64,000 nucleotides of DNA from Selaginella moellendorffii (GCF_000143415.4 NW_003314263.1:3482451-3546450); one strand, 5' to 3'; shown: positions 1 to 12,130, numbered from the stretch's first letter. Notes: a model not told the origin generated them from the letters alone. A program made the numbers and translations.

Positions 1-350
1 AGTATTCAAAGTCTAGCTCCCACATACAAAAGGTTGCTCCTCTTGCATAAGAACTCCCCTCAATGCATAACCATTTGCATCACACATCATTTGGTAAGAT
101 TTTGATGGATCAGCAATGTGAAGCATTAGAGCCTTACTTAATAACCATTTCAATGCCATAAAATTGTCTTTTTGTGACTGTTTCCACTTGATTGGCACAT
201 TCTTATATAAAATCATGTCAAAGAAATAGCCACCTCTGTGTTGGAAACATCAATAGTAATTAGCCATACCAAGGAAATTACGTAGCTCAACCACTAAAAC
301 TAGTATAGGCTAATTCTCCACCACAGTCACCTTTCTTGATATCATGAATG
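1..350 (-). mobile_element. Degenerate Ty3/gypsy pol fragment (RT-RNase H junction)
   Basis: ORF 13..216 reads W...F..LK..L..A.ML...DPSK.Y...CDA.GYAL.GVLMQ..P, the gypsy RT/RNaseH connection with a DAS-like motif; flanks are full of stops. Confidence 0.75.
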
Positions 351-399
351 TGACTGTAGATATCAAAAGTTATTTGTCAACAATGGGGTGGGGGTAGGG

Positions 400-3300
400 T
401 TATAGGGATAATGGGTAGGTTAGGCATGGTCGACTAATCTAAGGCATAGTATAGCTCCCGCTTGTATGCTTATCCTTATTTTACATTCGGCTTGAGTCCA
501 AACTCAAACTCCATACTATACTAGCTGGTAAAGTACTTATATCCTTATGTTAAGCCACTAGTATACTAAAATAGTGCCAAACTCTATTTGGATTTATTTT
601 GCATGTTAGTCTCAACATTAGGATGTTGGGAATTGTAAGATTACTCTAATGTTGTTCTATGCTCCTATCCCTTTTTTCCTTGGGTTATATGCTCAAAAGT
701 CACTCTGTGCCCTTGTCCCTTCACTCCTAAAGTTGTATGCTTAAGAATTGTTCCATACTTCAATTTTCTTTTATTCTTTAGTTATATGCTCAAGAGTTTA
801 GCTCTATACCTTTATTCAATGGCCCAAGGCTTTGAACTTGGGTTCTACTTTGCTATACTTGGCCCACATATTCAAAAGTTTATGTTCTGCTCTATGGCTA
901 TTCTATGATAAATCATTATAGGGTAAAGGGTAAAACCATGTGCATTATATTTAGCATCAGAAGATGAGTTTTAGTGAGTACTATGCAATGAGATTGGGCA
1001 ACTAGTCTCATTGCATATGCAAAGATGCAAAAATGATCCGAGTGGGTATATGTTTGGTTGCTATAACTTTGCATACATCCCTTTAATATAGATTTTGGTT
1101 ACCTTTTTATACTTTATTATATAAGCTTTTACTTGGGCCCATAAGATGGATTTGAGGTGTTCTATTTGTACAAGTTTGTATTTGGGCTTGTGTGCAACAC
1201 ACATTAGCAACTTGTTGGAAAGCACACTTTGAGTTGGTAGGATTAATATTAACCTGTCAATAGTGACCATAAGTTATTCCATATTATCATGGGTAAAAAA
1301 AAAACCTCTCATAGGTTTGCAAAGAGTGGCAAATAAGTTGGTCCATAGTTATTTAGCATAGCATTAATGGATCCTTCCTAGGCATGACTATAAGTTGGTT
1401 AATCAAGATTGTAGGGATTAATTTGTTGATTTAAGTAGTTATTGTCATGCTCTCTCATAAACTTTTTTTAGATTGGACTAAGGGCAGTGCAAAAACTTGC
1501 TATTGAAAGGCTTGCTATGGAAAAACTTAGGTTGCAATGCTTATTTCTTTTCTGAGGAATGTTGCTATTGTTCCTTGAATAATTTGGTGTTAAATTAGTT
1601 TTGAGTTTAGTCAAAAAAGAGTAGCATGAGCTTATTTATATTATAAACTTTAGTAGGTAGTTTGTATGATGCAACTTAGAAGGAATGGTAACTTTTTAGG
1701 GCTAAGGCAATTAAATTGGATAGAGTTTAGAGATGGTGTAGAAAAGTAATTATTGCACTTTTCTAGAAAGGTGACCTTTGTGCTATTCTTTTGTAGTGTT
1801 ATGTTTGATGGTAAGTTGCACTTTGGATTTCTTTAGACACTATAAGAGTAGTGAGCTCTCTGACTTGGTCTTGGTAGCTTTACACTTTAGTTAAAGATGG
1901 TAATGTCTAACTTAGTTGTTTGCGGTTGAGGTGTTAGTACCTATATTATAACTTTGTCTATTATGAAATTATGTACCTATACAATACAATCTTGCATCAC
2001 ATATTGCTTAGATATAAATTCATCTCATAGGCTAAGAGTTGATCATGTATAATTAGCCTTTTCAGTTACATTCAGAGCTATTAACTATATCTGTTGGTGG
2101 GTTTATTGCTGTATGATTGAATTCGAGTAATTATTTAGTCTGTGCTTGTCCATGTTCCTATATTTTGTATTTAAGGTGTTACCTTCATATAAATAAGTAA
2201 ATGACTCGATGACATAAGTTAAATGTTTAGGTTTTATGAAGGCAAGTTGAAAAGTGTTTGTTAGTTATTGTGAGATTAGTGATTGATGTAGATTTCATTG
2301 AGAACTTTTGACACTTGCTTCGCTCAATAATGATTTAGCAATGTTTGTTTTATCAGATGGTGTTGCGGAGAATTATGTTATTAAACTTACATAGTTTTTC
2401 CTTGTTAGCATGTTAATTCTACTTTTATCAATATTACTTAGTTGTATTTAGTCCATGGTGTTAAATTTCATTGAGTCTTAAATGTGGTGAATCACTCTTT
2501 GATAGCTAATTAGTTAAAAAATTGGTCTTGGATACTAAGGTATTTTGGACTTTGGTTAGTTTAGTTGTTAAAGAGTGTTGAGTAGTGATTCACTTTTACT
2601 TTCTTTTGGTTTTATTCCACTATTAATGACATTGAAGTGATGCTATGTTATTAACATTGTTGATGTTGAGATTAGAGTGAGATGAAAGGTCTTTTTATAG
2701 GATTAATGTTGAGTTTCATTAGTCTTAATATAGATAGTTTTGATGATTTGTTATAGCTTTATGTCATTGGTATTTATGCATTTGCTAGTTATCAATTGTG
2801 TTGGCATTCAAAACAAGTTGAGTAGCAAATTTAAATTAATTGTGTTCTAGGTGAGATTTTTTTATAGAGGTTGAGTTTTGGCTCTTCTTCTATACTAGCT
2901 TGCAAGAGGAAGAGTTAGTGGTTGATATTGGACTAATTGGATTCTTATTAAATTTGCATTGAGTATATATTAATCATTGATGATTTTTTTTATGTTTGTC
3001 AGGAAGTGAATTATGTCTCTATAGATGGATTTATGAAGGATTATTTAGCTTATGGATGTGTTGAGAAGGATATTATAGGTTGTACCATGATTTCTTCTTT
3101 GGCATTGAAGTTAGTTTATATAAAACTCATGATCATTATTAGATGAGACTTGGGTATAGACTTCTTCAAAACTTTTAGTTCTTTGAGTTTTCATATTTAT
3201 TGTTCAATTTGTAAAGAGCTATCAAGGAATGCAATTTGGCTCAATTAGTTCTAATGTGTAAGTTGGTGTTTGCCTTTGATGATCATTAGTGATGATTGAT

Positions 3301-4150
3301 TGTCATCTAAGATAGTTTATCCTTATCAAGATTTTGCTTGATTATTATTAATGTTGAATGATTTGCCATTTTCAGGATTTTTTCATCAATAATGATTATA
3401 CATTTCTCTATTGATGAAATAATTTATGATCTTTCATGATAGTTAGTTGTTCTCTTTGATGGTTTATGGTTTTTCGCATTACCACATGTTCTTTGGGATT
3501 TACTCTAGATTAGTATTTTGGGTTTGAGATGTTGGTAAGATGTTGTTAACACTTGTTTAAGCAACTTTAACTCCTTAGTATTGTTATCCTAGTTCTATTC
3601 AAATTTGTTAGTGTGATAGTTAGCATGAATAAGTGTTTGTTAGCTTTACTACATTCATTCTATTCTATTGATTGTTGTTATAATTATTTTTTATATAATA
3701 GATATTATTTCCTTTAGGTGATACATTTGCAAGTATTTTATTTTCTAATTAATGATATTTATATTTTTTAAATAAGTTATTTAGCATGTTATTTATAATC
3801 TTTGATAGTTAAACTTTATCATTGAATTTTCTTCATGATACACTTGCTATTTAATTTTTTTGGATGGTTAATCCTACACTTTCAAACTATAGTGGTCTTA
3901 GTGGTTCCTATAATCCTCATTTATTGAATGATAACTTTATTAGAATACTTTTTTGTTTTAATATAAACATAATTCACTAATAATTTGATCTTTAAGATAT
4001 CATTGTCTATGATTTTGATATTATCCATCTATGCTTGGGTTAGTATAAGAAAATTATCTTTGACACTTTATGTGCATGGTGAAATCTCTAAAGTTACTAT
4101 AGACTAATCACATCACCTGCCTATCTATAAAAAGGGTGTAACTATGTAAA
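400..4150 (+). mobile_element. Heavily eroded L1-like LINE (ORF1 remnant plus endonuclease/RT ORF2)
   Basis: Decayed motifs occur in the expected order: RGLN-like (~1410), GVAI-like (~1556), GDL/GDFN (~1770), DH (~2040), NW.PI-like (~2935), IDF.K.F (~3157). No intact ORF; strongly C-depleted; boundaries approximate. Confidence 0.5.
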
Positions 4151-4229
4151 CAACTTTAATTGCATGTTTAAAATAGTTTATCTAAACCTTATTGATAGAT
4201 TTGGTTTATTTACTTATGAGGGTTGAGGC

Positions 4230-6400
4230 CTCTAATTTATCTCTCTATATCATCTACAAATAGGGGTATATCATCTTTTGTAAGTTGGGTGACACCCAAA
4301 GCACACCAGTATATAAGTTATTTATACTAAACCAAGTATGCTCAACAAAAAACATATAAGAGTTCCTACTTTATATTTACTTGGATACATGATAATCAAT
4401 TTCTCAATTAACTTTGGTAAAGATTGATAAAAGGTTCAATAATACCAACCTTCTACCATCATGGTAGTAAAAGAAGAATATCCAAAAAAAATTCTTAATA
4501 AATAACTTTTGATACCCATAGTTATATTCGTGACACTTTGATTTGTCTTGACACCCTTAGATGTCATAATATAGCTAGATACTTCATCTTTGACTTTACA
4601 AATTCACATTTACTCTTTGCATAAAGTTTACTATCATATAGTAACAAAAGAAATTTGCACAAATACACTTTATGCTCCTCTATATTCTTGCTAAAAAGAA
4701 AAATATCATCCAAATAAATCTCCACAAACTTATAAATATAAAGCCCAAACACCTCCGTCATCAATCAAGTAAATGTGGTTAGTGCATTTCTCAAATTAAA
4801 CGACAAAACTATGATTTAAATTATGTAAAGCTTATAATGAATATCATCTTGTTATGAATGTCTTGTTCCTATTTTAATTTTAAGGGTAGGAATATACTTT
4901 ACTCAAGGGTATATTATATTTTGAATAGCCACTAATCAATGGGAATTATCCCATTTGCTTCAATACCACATGTATTATTGAAGGGATGAAGGGTGCTCCC
5001 CCAACACTCACTCAAACACAAGAAATGCTCCAATGCTCTTCATAAATGCTTTTCTTTGCCCTTGTGGGGCAAAGGTTTTATACAAGGAGGATAGGGAATA
5101 TTTTAGGAATCAAAAATATTCTCTCTTTCACTCTCTAATTGGCCACGCCATAACATGAGACCATAGTGCATTGCACTGACTCCAAATACACAAGAACCCC
5201 CTAAAGAGTGTAGAGTGTACCTTTGCTGCTAATGCCAAGTGCTGGTATCTGCGTGGAATAGTATAAACTTTGGAAAATAAAGTGGAAAAATAAAAAAAAA
5301 GGGGTATATGTAAAGTTTCAAGATAGGGAGGAAAACCCAATGGGAAACCCTATATAGTCAAATTAAACCCTAATATGAAAGAAAATGAAGAAAAGTGTGG
5401 AAGAGAAGAAAAAGAAAAGAAAAAAAGTGAGTACCCAAAGAACTTAACACATATCTAGATTTCAGTTCAAGAAAGTGTAATATGCAAATGTAGCCTCATT
5501 ATGACTCTAGATATGCTCCAAAGATTGGTTGAAATTGAGAAAGAAAGAGAGCCAAAGGGTGGTAAGTGTAGAAATGATGAAAGATGGAGTGATTTGGTGG
5601 AGTGTTAAAATGGTGGTGGCACTCTAAAAGTGTAAAGCCTATGGTCTGATGTGTCACACTAAAGAAAACCTCAATTGGAAAGGACGGCATAGTCATTAGA
5701 TTGTTAGTAAAGAGAGGTGGCATGTGTCCATTGAGTGTTGGAATAGGAGAAAGTGGCTTTGGCTTTTGTGGCCTCACTTAAGGATCCATCTAGGTGCCTT
5801 GAGTGAATAGGTTCACCTAGTTGGAAGAAAGTCCCTCCAAAAAAGCTGGCATATCGTCGACAAATGTTTGAAATGATACCTCAAAAACAGTATGTCCAAA
5901 TGAGGTGATGTCTTTTGATGCTAGTGCATGTAATGTGTCTGTGGTATAGTGTAAATATGATCTCAAACAAAGATGTGGATAATGGTGAAAGGATGAAAGA
6001 TGCAAGACGGGCATCTAGAAGTAAGTGTGGGAATGCTGCTGGAAGTGTTTGGTGATGGATCTATAAGTGCAAATGATATGGAAAGGGTGTGGGGAATGCA
6101 TGGGGTATAGTAATGGTAAGTAAAAAGCCAAAGAACCTAGAACATAACTTGAGCCAAGTAAGGAAAACTCCATACAAATAGCAATGCAGCCTAAGCATGA
6201 AATCCAAAGTAAAAGCCATAATCTAGCGGAAAAACACCCTTTAAAAATAAGAGTAAAGTGAAAGAAAATAAACAAATGAAAAAAAAGAGAAGAGGAATGC
6301 CTCACCAGATGAAGTATTTGAGGTGAGAGTGGTTGTGAGCGTGTGGGAGCTCATGTCTATCAACATCTACTAGCATGTATGCTCCACCTCTAATGTGTCA
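4230..6400 (-). mobile_element. Degenerate Ty3/gypsy gag-pol remnant (RT YLDD)
   Basis: ORF 4564..4764 contains YLDDIFLFSKNIEEH...LYAKSKCEF...YL; RNase H-like ALG motif near 4290; upstream sequence is decayed. Confidence 0.7.
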
Positions 6401-6639
6401 CTAGACAAAGTAGAGGCTGGTTTAGCAAGGAGAGAACTTTGAATGTGGCATGAACTCCTTGAGTAGAACAAAATTGCCATCCTCGAATAGTTCAACAAAC
6501 TGCTAGTGGTCAATGACTAACTTGATCTTCTACTTGCATTGAAAGAGATGTTTAGTCATGGCTTATTGCTATTCTTTAAAGGCAAGAACCTCCAAGTCAG
6601 GTGCATGAAGCTTGTCCTTATTGCTAAGTTGCATGTCAA

Positions 6640-6830
6640 GCACCCGATATGTCGGGCCCCGGACATGTCCGGCCCCGGATATGTCCGGGCCCCGATATGC
6701 CAGGCCCCGGACATGTTAGGCACCTGATATGCCAGGCCCCAGACATGTCGGGCACCCCATATGCCAGGCCCCGGAATGTCGGGCACCCGATATGCCAGGC
6801 CCCGGATGTGTCTGGCCCTGGATATATCCA
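6640..6830. repeat. Tandem array of about 12 near-palindromic 15-16 bp units (31-bp dimer)
   Basis: Units approximate gcccgacatgtcgggc / gccccggacatgtc; both strands translate to PDMSG/ARH repeats. Confidence 0.9.
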
Positions 6831-6839
6831 AGTTCTATT

Positions 6840-7060
6840 TTGACATGTGGCATGGCCTTTGGTTTCATCTCATAGAGTTTTATGGTTTTCAATATGTGCC
6901 ACATTGACACATGGCATGCACTTTGGTTTGTGCTCAGAGTTTTATGGTTTTCAATGTGTGCCACATTGACACGTGGCATGTGCTTTGGTTTGTTTTGAGT
7001 TTTATGGTTTTTAATGTGTGTCACATTGACACGTGGCATGCCCTTTGGCTTGTTCTCATA
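6840..7060. repeat. About 60-62 bp tandem repeat, about 3.5 copies
   Basis: gagttttatggtttt..aatgtgtgccacattgacacgtggcatg recurs at ~6876, 6938, 6998. Confidence 0.9.
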
Positions 7061-7080
7061 GTTAGTTAGTTAGTCTCTTT

Positions 7081-7089
7081 AAAAAAAAA
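7081..7089 (-). terminator. Pol III oligo-T terminator of the 5S gene
   Basis: A9 on + (T9 on -) directly after the 5S 3' end. Confidence 0.75.
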
Positions 7090-7207
7090 GAGGGGGTCAC
7101 TTGGACTTCCAAGATGGTCACCCAGCCTAGTACTATTCAATCCCAAGGACGCTAAACTTTGGAGGTCTGATGGGATCCAATGCCATAGTCATAGTTTGAA
7201 CCCACTT
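7090..7207 (-). rRNA. 5S rRNA: 5S rRNA gene, divergent variant, probably an orphan or pseudogenised copy
   Basis: Reverse strand AAGTGGGTTCAAACTATGACTATGGCATTGGATCCCATCAGACCTCCAAAGTTTAGCGTCCTTGGGATTGAATAGTACTAGGCTGGGTGACCATCTTGGAAGTCCAAGTGACCCCCTC aligns end-to-end with plant 5S (GGATCCCATCAGA, AGTACTAGG.TGGGTGACC, GGAAGTCC); 118 nt. Confidence 0.85.
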
Positions 7208-7233
7208 TGAAATATTTCACACTCCCCCTACTC

Positions 7234-7238
7234 TTATA
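7234..7238 (-). promoter_or_regulatory. TATA-like element about -30 from the 5S start
   Basis: TATAA on - strand at 7238..7234, the usual position upstream of plant 5S genes. Confidence 0.55.
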
Positions 7239-7264
7239 GTGTGGGTAGCTGATCCAAAGCTACA

Positions 7265-7665
7265 GTGTACCTCCACAATCCCGTGTTCTTTTTGGGTGCC
7301 AAAAAGCACACCCACGGGACATGTGGTACCTCCCCAACAATTCACGAAGACTGCATTTTGGGCCCCAAAACACACACTGCGAAATATGGGGTACCTCCCC
7401 AACATTTCGTGAAAAATCACGTGTTTTGGGCCCCAAAAAAAGCCCACGGAACACATGGTACCCTTGCAACTTTTCACGAAAAATCGCCCATTTTGGGCCC
7501 CAAAATGCGCCCCGCGAAATGTGGGGTACCTCCCCAACATTTCGTGAAAAATTGCGCATTTTGGGCCCCAAAAAAAGCCTGTGGAACATGTGATACCTTT
7601 CCAACTTTTTGGGAAAAATCACGCATTTTAGGCCCCAGACATTCCAGGCCACTTTTTTTTTCCCC
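7265..7665. repeat. About 67-68 bp tandem repeat, 6 copies, with a 135-bp dimer structure
   Basis: Near-palindromic core ttttgggccccaaaa with GGG at 7294, 7360, 7428, 7495, 7563 (agg at 7630). Confidence 0.9.
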
Positions 7666-7835
7666 TCCCACACTTCCGTGCTACGTGGCAGGCAGGCAGG
7701 GCCTTCTCCCCCTCCCTCACGTGCATGTAGGCTGAGGCTTAGCCTATGCCTTCTCCGTGCGCTTTAGGCCTAGGAGAATCCTCCCCCCTTCCTCCCTCCA
7801 TCATATGGCAAGTGGGGGCCCCTCCCCTTTCCCAC

Positions 7836-8017
7836 TGTAAGCTCCTGAATTTGGACTTCCCGGGAGGTTACTATTCAAACCTAAGGACACTTAACCCCAA
7901 ACATCCCAAAACCTTTAACCAATTGGAAAAAAGAGTGCACTCTTATTCATGAGCCCTTTCCCTCTATATTTGAACCCCATGGATCGTCTCTTAAGTTGTT
8001 CTCTTTGGTTGCTTACA
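7836..8017 (-). mobile_element. Solo LTR of a Cassandra-type TRIM (LTR carries a 5S rRNA-derived segment)
   Basis: Perfect 7-bp terminal IR tgtaagc...gcttaca; internal ggacttcccgggagg..actattcaaa..aaggacacttaac is the reverse complement of 5S A-box to C-box sequence; flanks cccac/cctgc fit a decayed TSD; homologous to the LTRs at 28073 and 28475. Confidence 0.8.
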
Positions 8018-8861
8018 CCTGCTGCGTGACACTGGCCCTTGCCAAGCAGACATGCCACCCCCGAGGCTTGCCTCCCTTGGAAGCCCGGAGGACCACACTG
8101 CTGCCTCCCTCCCCCTTGCCTAACAAGCATGCAGATGTGGTCCCAAGGCCATACCCATGGACCGCATAGCACGACTTTGCCGAATGCTGGAGCAGGTGCC
8201 AGGGAAGCCATGCCGAGGCTCTCTCTACAGCCGAGAACCCTTGCACAACCCCACCCCCCATCAATACTAGGGAGGCCCCCCCCCCCCCCCACGCCACCGG
8301 CCAAAGGCCACAAGCACTCACACATGCGACATTGCATCGGGAGTTCCACGTCTGGATCACCGATCGGGTAACACCTGGACGAATGTTGCATGTGCTTGCC
8401 ACCAGAGCCACTAAGCACTGTTTCCTTCGGCCGGTGGGCATGGGAAGCCCACAATGTGAGGCACACAAGGGGAGCCATCAAAGTGCCATGACGTGACCCT
8501 AGCAAGCAAGCCAACCCTCATTTGTATGGGAAGCAAAGTTGGGCAGCCACAGTTCAACCCTAGCTGCCTGAGAGCCTCCACTCTAGTGAGAATGAATCCA
8601 ATGACGCTGAGCTCCTGCTCGAGAAGGTTGAGATCGCAGTGTTTCTGCGTCGATCATAGCTTGAAAGCCCATCCATCATCCTACAGGTAAAAAAATCCCT
8701 CCTCTTTCTGGGACAACAGCTTTTGGCTATTTGTCCCAATCAGAGTTCAAGCTTGAGCATGAGCAGGAGCCAAGTCCAAACGTGAGCCCAAGCAAAAGCC
8801 CGAGTACGTGCTCGAGCCCGACTTCAAGCCCAAGTGCGAGTAGGCAAGAGCCCACACGTGT

Positions 8862-9310
8862 GCTGGAAGTCTAGTAGGGGGTGTGGAGCCAAGCACCCGA
8901 GGTCTGACCTCAGCTGCCCACACTCCCATCCCCCACTATCCTTCCAGTGCTCACGGCCTACCACGCCCTAGGGATACAAGTGCTTTGGGCTTTCACCCCA
9001 CGTGTCCATGTCCAAGCCGAAACTCGACTCCAACATGGTGCACGCAAGGTGAAGCCTGGCAGCCCGCGCATGCACTGGAAGTCCAGCAGGGGGTGTAGAG
9101 CTGGGCAGCCGAGGTCAGACCTCAGGTGCCCACACTCCCATCCCCCACTATCCTTCCGGTGCTTGCAGCCTACCACGCCCCAGGGAGACAAGCACTTTGG
9201 GCTTTCACCCCATGTGTCCATGTCCGAGCCGAAACCCGACTCCGAGATGGAGCCCGAATCAGACTCCGACATGGTGCACGCGGGGTGGAGCCCGACAGCC
9301 TGCGCATGCA
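8862..9310. repeat. GC-rich tandem duplication, about 212-237 bp units, 2 copies
   Basis: ctggaagtc.ag.agggggtgt.gagc...gaggtc.gacctcag.tgcccacactcccatcccccactatcc... starts at ~8863 and ~9075. Confidence 0.85.
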
Positions 9311-9329
9311 TCTCTGTTGCATATTGAAG

Positions 9330-10090
9330 CAAAAGTGCGAGTGATTACACCTAGATCCATTGGAACTATGGCCTCTATCCCATAAACAAGAGAGAATGGA
9401 GTCGTGGAGATGGATGTCTTGATAGATGTCCAAAAGGCCCACAATACCATAACCAAGTGCTCATGCCAATGCTTTAGGTGATCCTCCACAAACTTTGAGA
9501 TAATGGTTTTCAATATCTTGTTGCTAGACTCTGTCTGGCCATTGCACTCAAGATAGTATCTGGTGCTCTTTATGTGCTTGACCTATAGTTGCTGGAGAAG
9601 ATGCTGCATCACCTATTTGAAGAAGTTGCTACCACAATCGGAAATCAAAACTACAGGAACTCTAAATCTGGCAAACAATGTACTCATAGACAAACTTTGC
9701 TATAGACTATTGATTTACTTGTCATAGAGCGATGGCCTCAACTCATTTTGTGAAGTAGCCTATTGCCATGATGATATATCATTGTCCTTTTGAACTTAGT
9801 GGGTTGATAAAGTCAAGTCCCCACTAGAAAAAGGGACCTAGAGAAGTGACAAGTTAGAAAGAAAGACATAGAACGTGGCTTTAGAGGTTAAACTGTTGGC
9901 ATTGCTTACATGCCTTTACATAGTCCAAGCTTTCCTGGTGAATTTGAGGCCAAAAGTAGCCATGGCACAAGAGGAGTTATGCTATGACCTGTCCCAAGAA
10001 ATGCCCCACACAAGAGTGGAAAGCATGAAGGAGCTCAGAGACCTTGTGTTCACCCATGCACCACAACAAAATGTCCTATGAAGTCCTCCT
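9330..10090 (-). mobile_element. Degenerate Ty3/gypsy integrase fragment
   Basis: ORF 9259..9513: W.EHL..VLWAF.TS.KTSI.TTPFSLVYG.EA.VP (integrase C-terminal core); a decayed WGLD-like motif lies upstream. Confidence 0.75.
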
Positions 10091-10099
10091 GTAAAGATG

Positions 10100-12130
10100 T
10101 CTGTCGAGAAGGCAAAATCACAACATTTGCATAAAGTGTTGGATTTGTTATGCAAGCATAAGGTTTATGCTAAGAAGAGTAAATGCGAGTTTATGCAATT
10201 TGAATGCAAGTATTTAGGCTGCATTGTCTCTGCTAACAAAGTCAAGATTGATCCATAAAAGGTTGCTATTGTAAAAGAATGGCCGACTTCAACAAATATT
10301 GTTAAGTTGAGGAGTTTCTTGGGAATGGTTGGTTATTACTACAAGTTTATCAAACACTATATTGATATTACTCTTCCCTTGACTCAGTTTTTTCATCAGA
10401 ACACTTATTTTGAATGGGAAACATTGCAAGTACAAAGTTTTCAAGCTTTAAAGGATGCTTTGGCACATACTTTGGTTCTACATATTGTAGATCCAAGCAA
10501 ACCATATATAGTTCATGCAAGACAATCATCTTATTGCATATGAGAGCAGGACATTAAACCTAACAGAGTAGCAATACTCTACATATGAGTAGGAGCTTTT
10601 GGCAATTGTTAATGCACATGATATATGGCAACATTATTTATTTGGTGTTGTGTTTACAGTGTTCATGGACTATAAGCCTTTAGTGTTCTAATTCACCCAA
10701 AAGGGGCTTAACTTTCACTAGGCATGATAGATGATCAAACACATAGAGTTTAGTAAATTTCCAATTGAGCACAAGGTTGTATGTGCAAATGATGCCTTGT
10801 CTCGTGTGCACTCTAATTTTATTGGAGAATTCTAGGAAAGGATTTGTCATGCTTTGACAAAGGTTGTGACCGAATTTGTTGGTATGGTCAAACAAATTCA
10901 ATAGCAAAATGTTGAGTTACAAAAGCTTAGTGTGTGCATGGAGCCACCTTTCTCATACTAGAATGGTTTACTCTTGTATAATGGCTGGGTATATCTTCCT
11001 CGAGTTCATAAGCTAATCAACCATGTCCTCTATTATTACCATTACCATCCAGAGGCTGGTCATTTTGGGGGGAGGAAGACTTGCGAGTTGATCAAGCATA
11101 GGCTCTTTTGGAAGAACACGAAAAATGATATTCTTAAATATTGCAAGACATGTGAAAATTGTCAGCAAGTGAAGGGGCCAAGGGAAAAGTCAGCAGGGCT
11201 TTTGGTGCCATTGTCTATCCCAAATGATAGATGGATGAGTATATCCATGGATTTTATCACAGATTTGCTAAACAAAATGAACAAGCTTGAGTCATTATGG
11301 ATCTCTTGACCAAGTTTGTAAAATTGATTCCTCTGAAGAAGGTAATGAAGAGTATAGACTTAGTTGTGGTATACCTTGAGTGTGTCTTTCTTTAGTTTAG
11401 TTTGCTAGTGGAGATTGTGAGTGACAGAAACTCAAAATTCACAAATGAATTTTGGAGAAGCTTTACAAAACTCATAAAGATTGGCATCAAACTAAGTAGT
11501 AGGGATCATCCTTAGATAAAAGACAAACTAAGTGAGTCAACTATGTGGTTGAAGACATACTTAAATGCACTATTCATAGGCAACAAAAATAGTGGGATAA
11601 ATTTTCATTTCTTGTGGAGTTTGCTTATACTGGCTGTGGGATAAATTTTTAATTCTTGTAGAGTTTGCTTATAAAAATGATGACACCTTACTTTACAATG
11701 CATGGCTGTCATCTAAGGACAGCTTTTGAGCTTAGTTTACTTAGCTCTCAGGGATTTAAGATGGATGGTGAGGAAAAGGGTTTATCCATAGATTTGGATG
11801 AAATTTTAAATGTATGCAAGAGGAATTTGTAAATAAATCAAGACCAAGCTAAAAGGTATACTAATGAGCATCAAACTTTCAAGATTAGTGACTCATTTAT
11901 ATGCAAGTGATATTTCCAGTATTATAAAGTTGTACAACCATTATATCCTTAAGAGATTAGAGAAATAATAAGCTATCTCCCCTCTATAAAGCTTTGGAAC
12001 GTATTGGTAAAGTGGCTTAACAAGTGAAGTTGCAAGTTTTTTATGTCAACCAGTTAAAAAGTGTTTTGATGAGGAATGAATCTTGAGTAAATTTCTTTTG
12101 GATGTTTCAAACTGAGAATAGAACTAGAGC
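10100..12130 (+). mobile_element. Degenerate Ty3/gypsy pol (RT C-terminus, RNase H, integrase)
   Basis: SKCEF..YLG, LRSFLGM.GYY.KFI, ELLAIV, HPEAGHFG.RKT...FW...C..CQ.VK, ISMDFITDL; many stops. Confidence 0.85.

Noticed and set aside
6640-7665. Regularly spaced palindromic repeats resembling a CRISPR array
   Set aside because: The intervening sequences are themselves repeats rather than unique spacers; eukaryotic context; no cas genes
7670-9310. Possible 18S/5.8S/25S rRNA sequence or Pol I start site
   Set aside because: No conserved rRNA segment recognised; aatactagggagg (~8263) is too weak a match to the TATATAGGGG start consensus
6539-9385. Many overlapping ORFs on both strands
   Set aside because: Artefacts of GC-rich tandem repeats; the peptides are repetitive, with no domain or splice support
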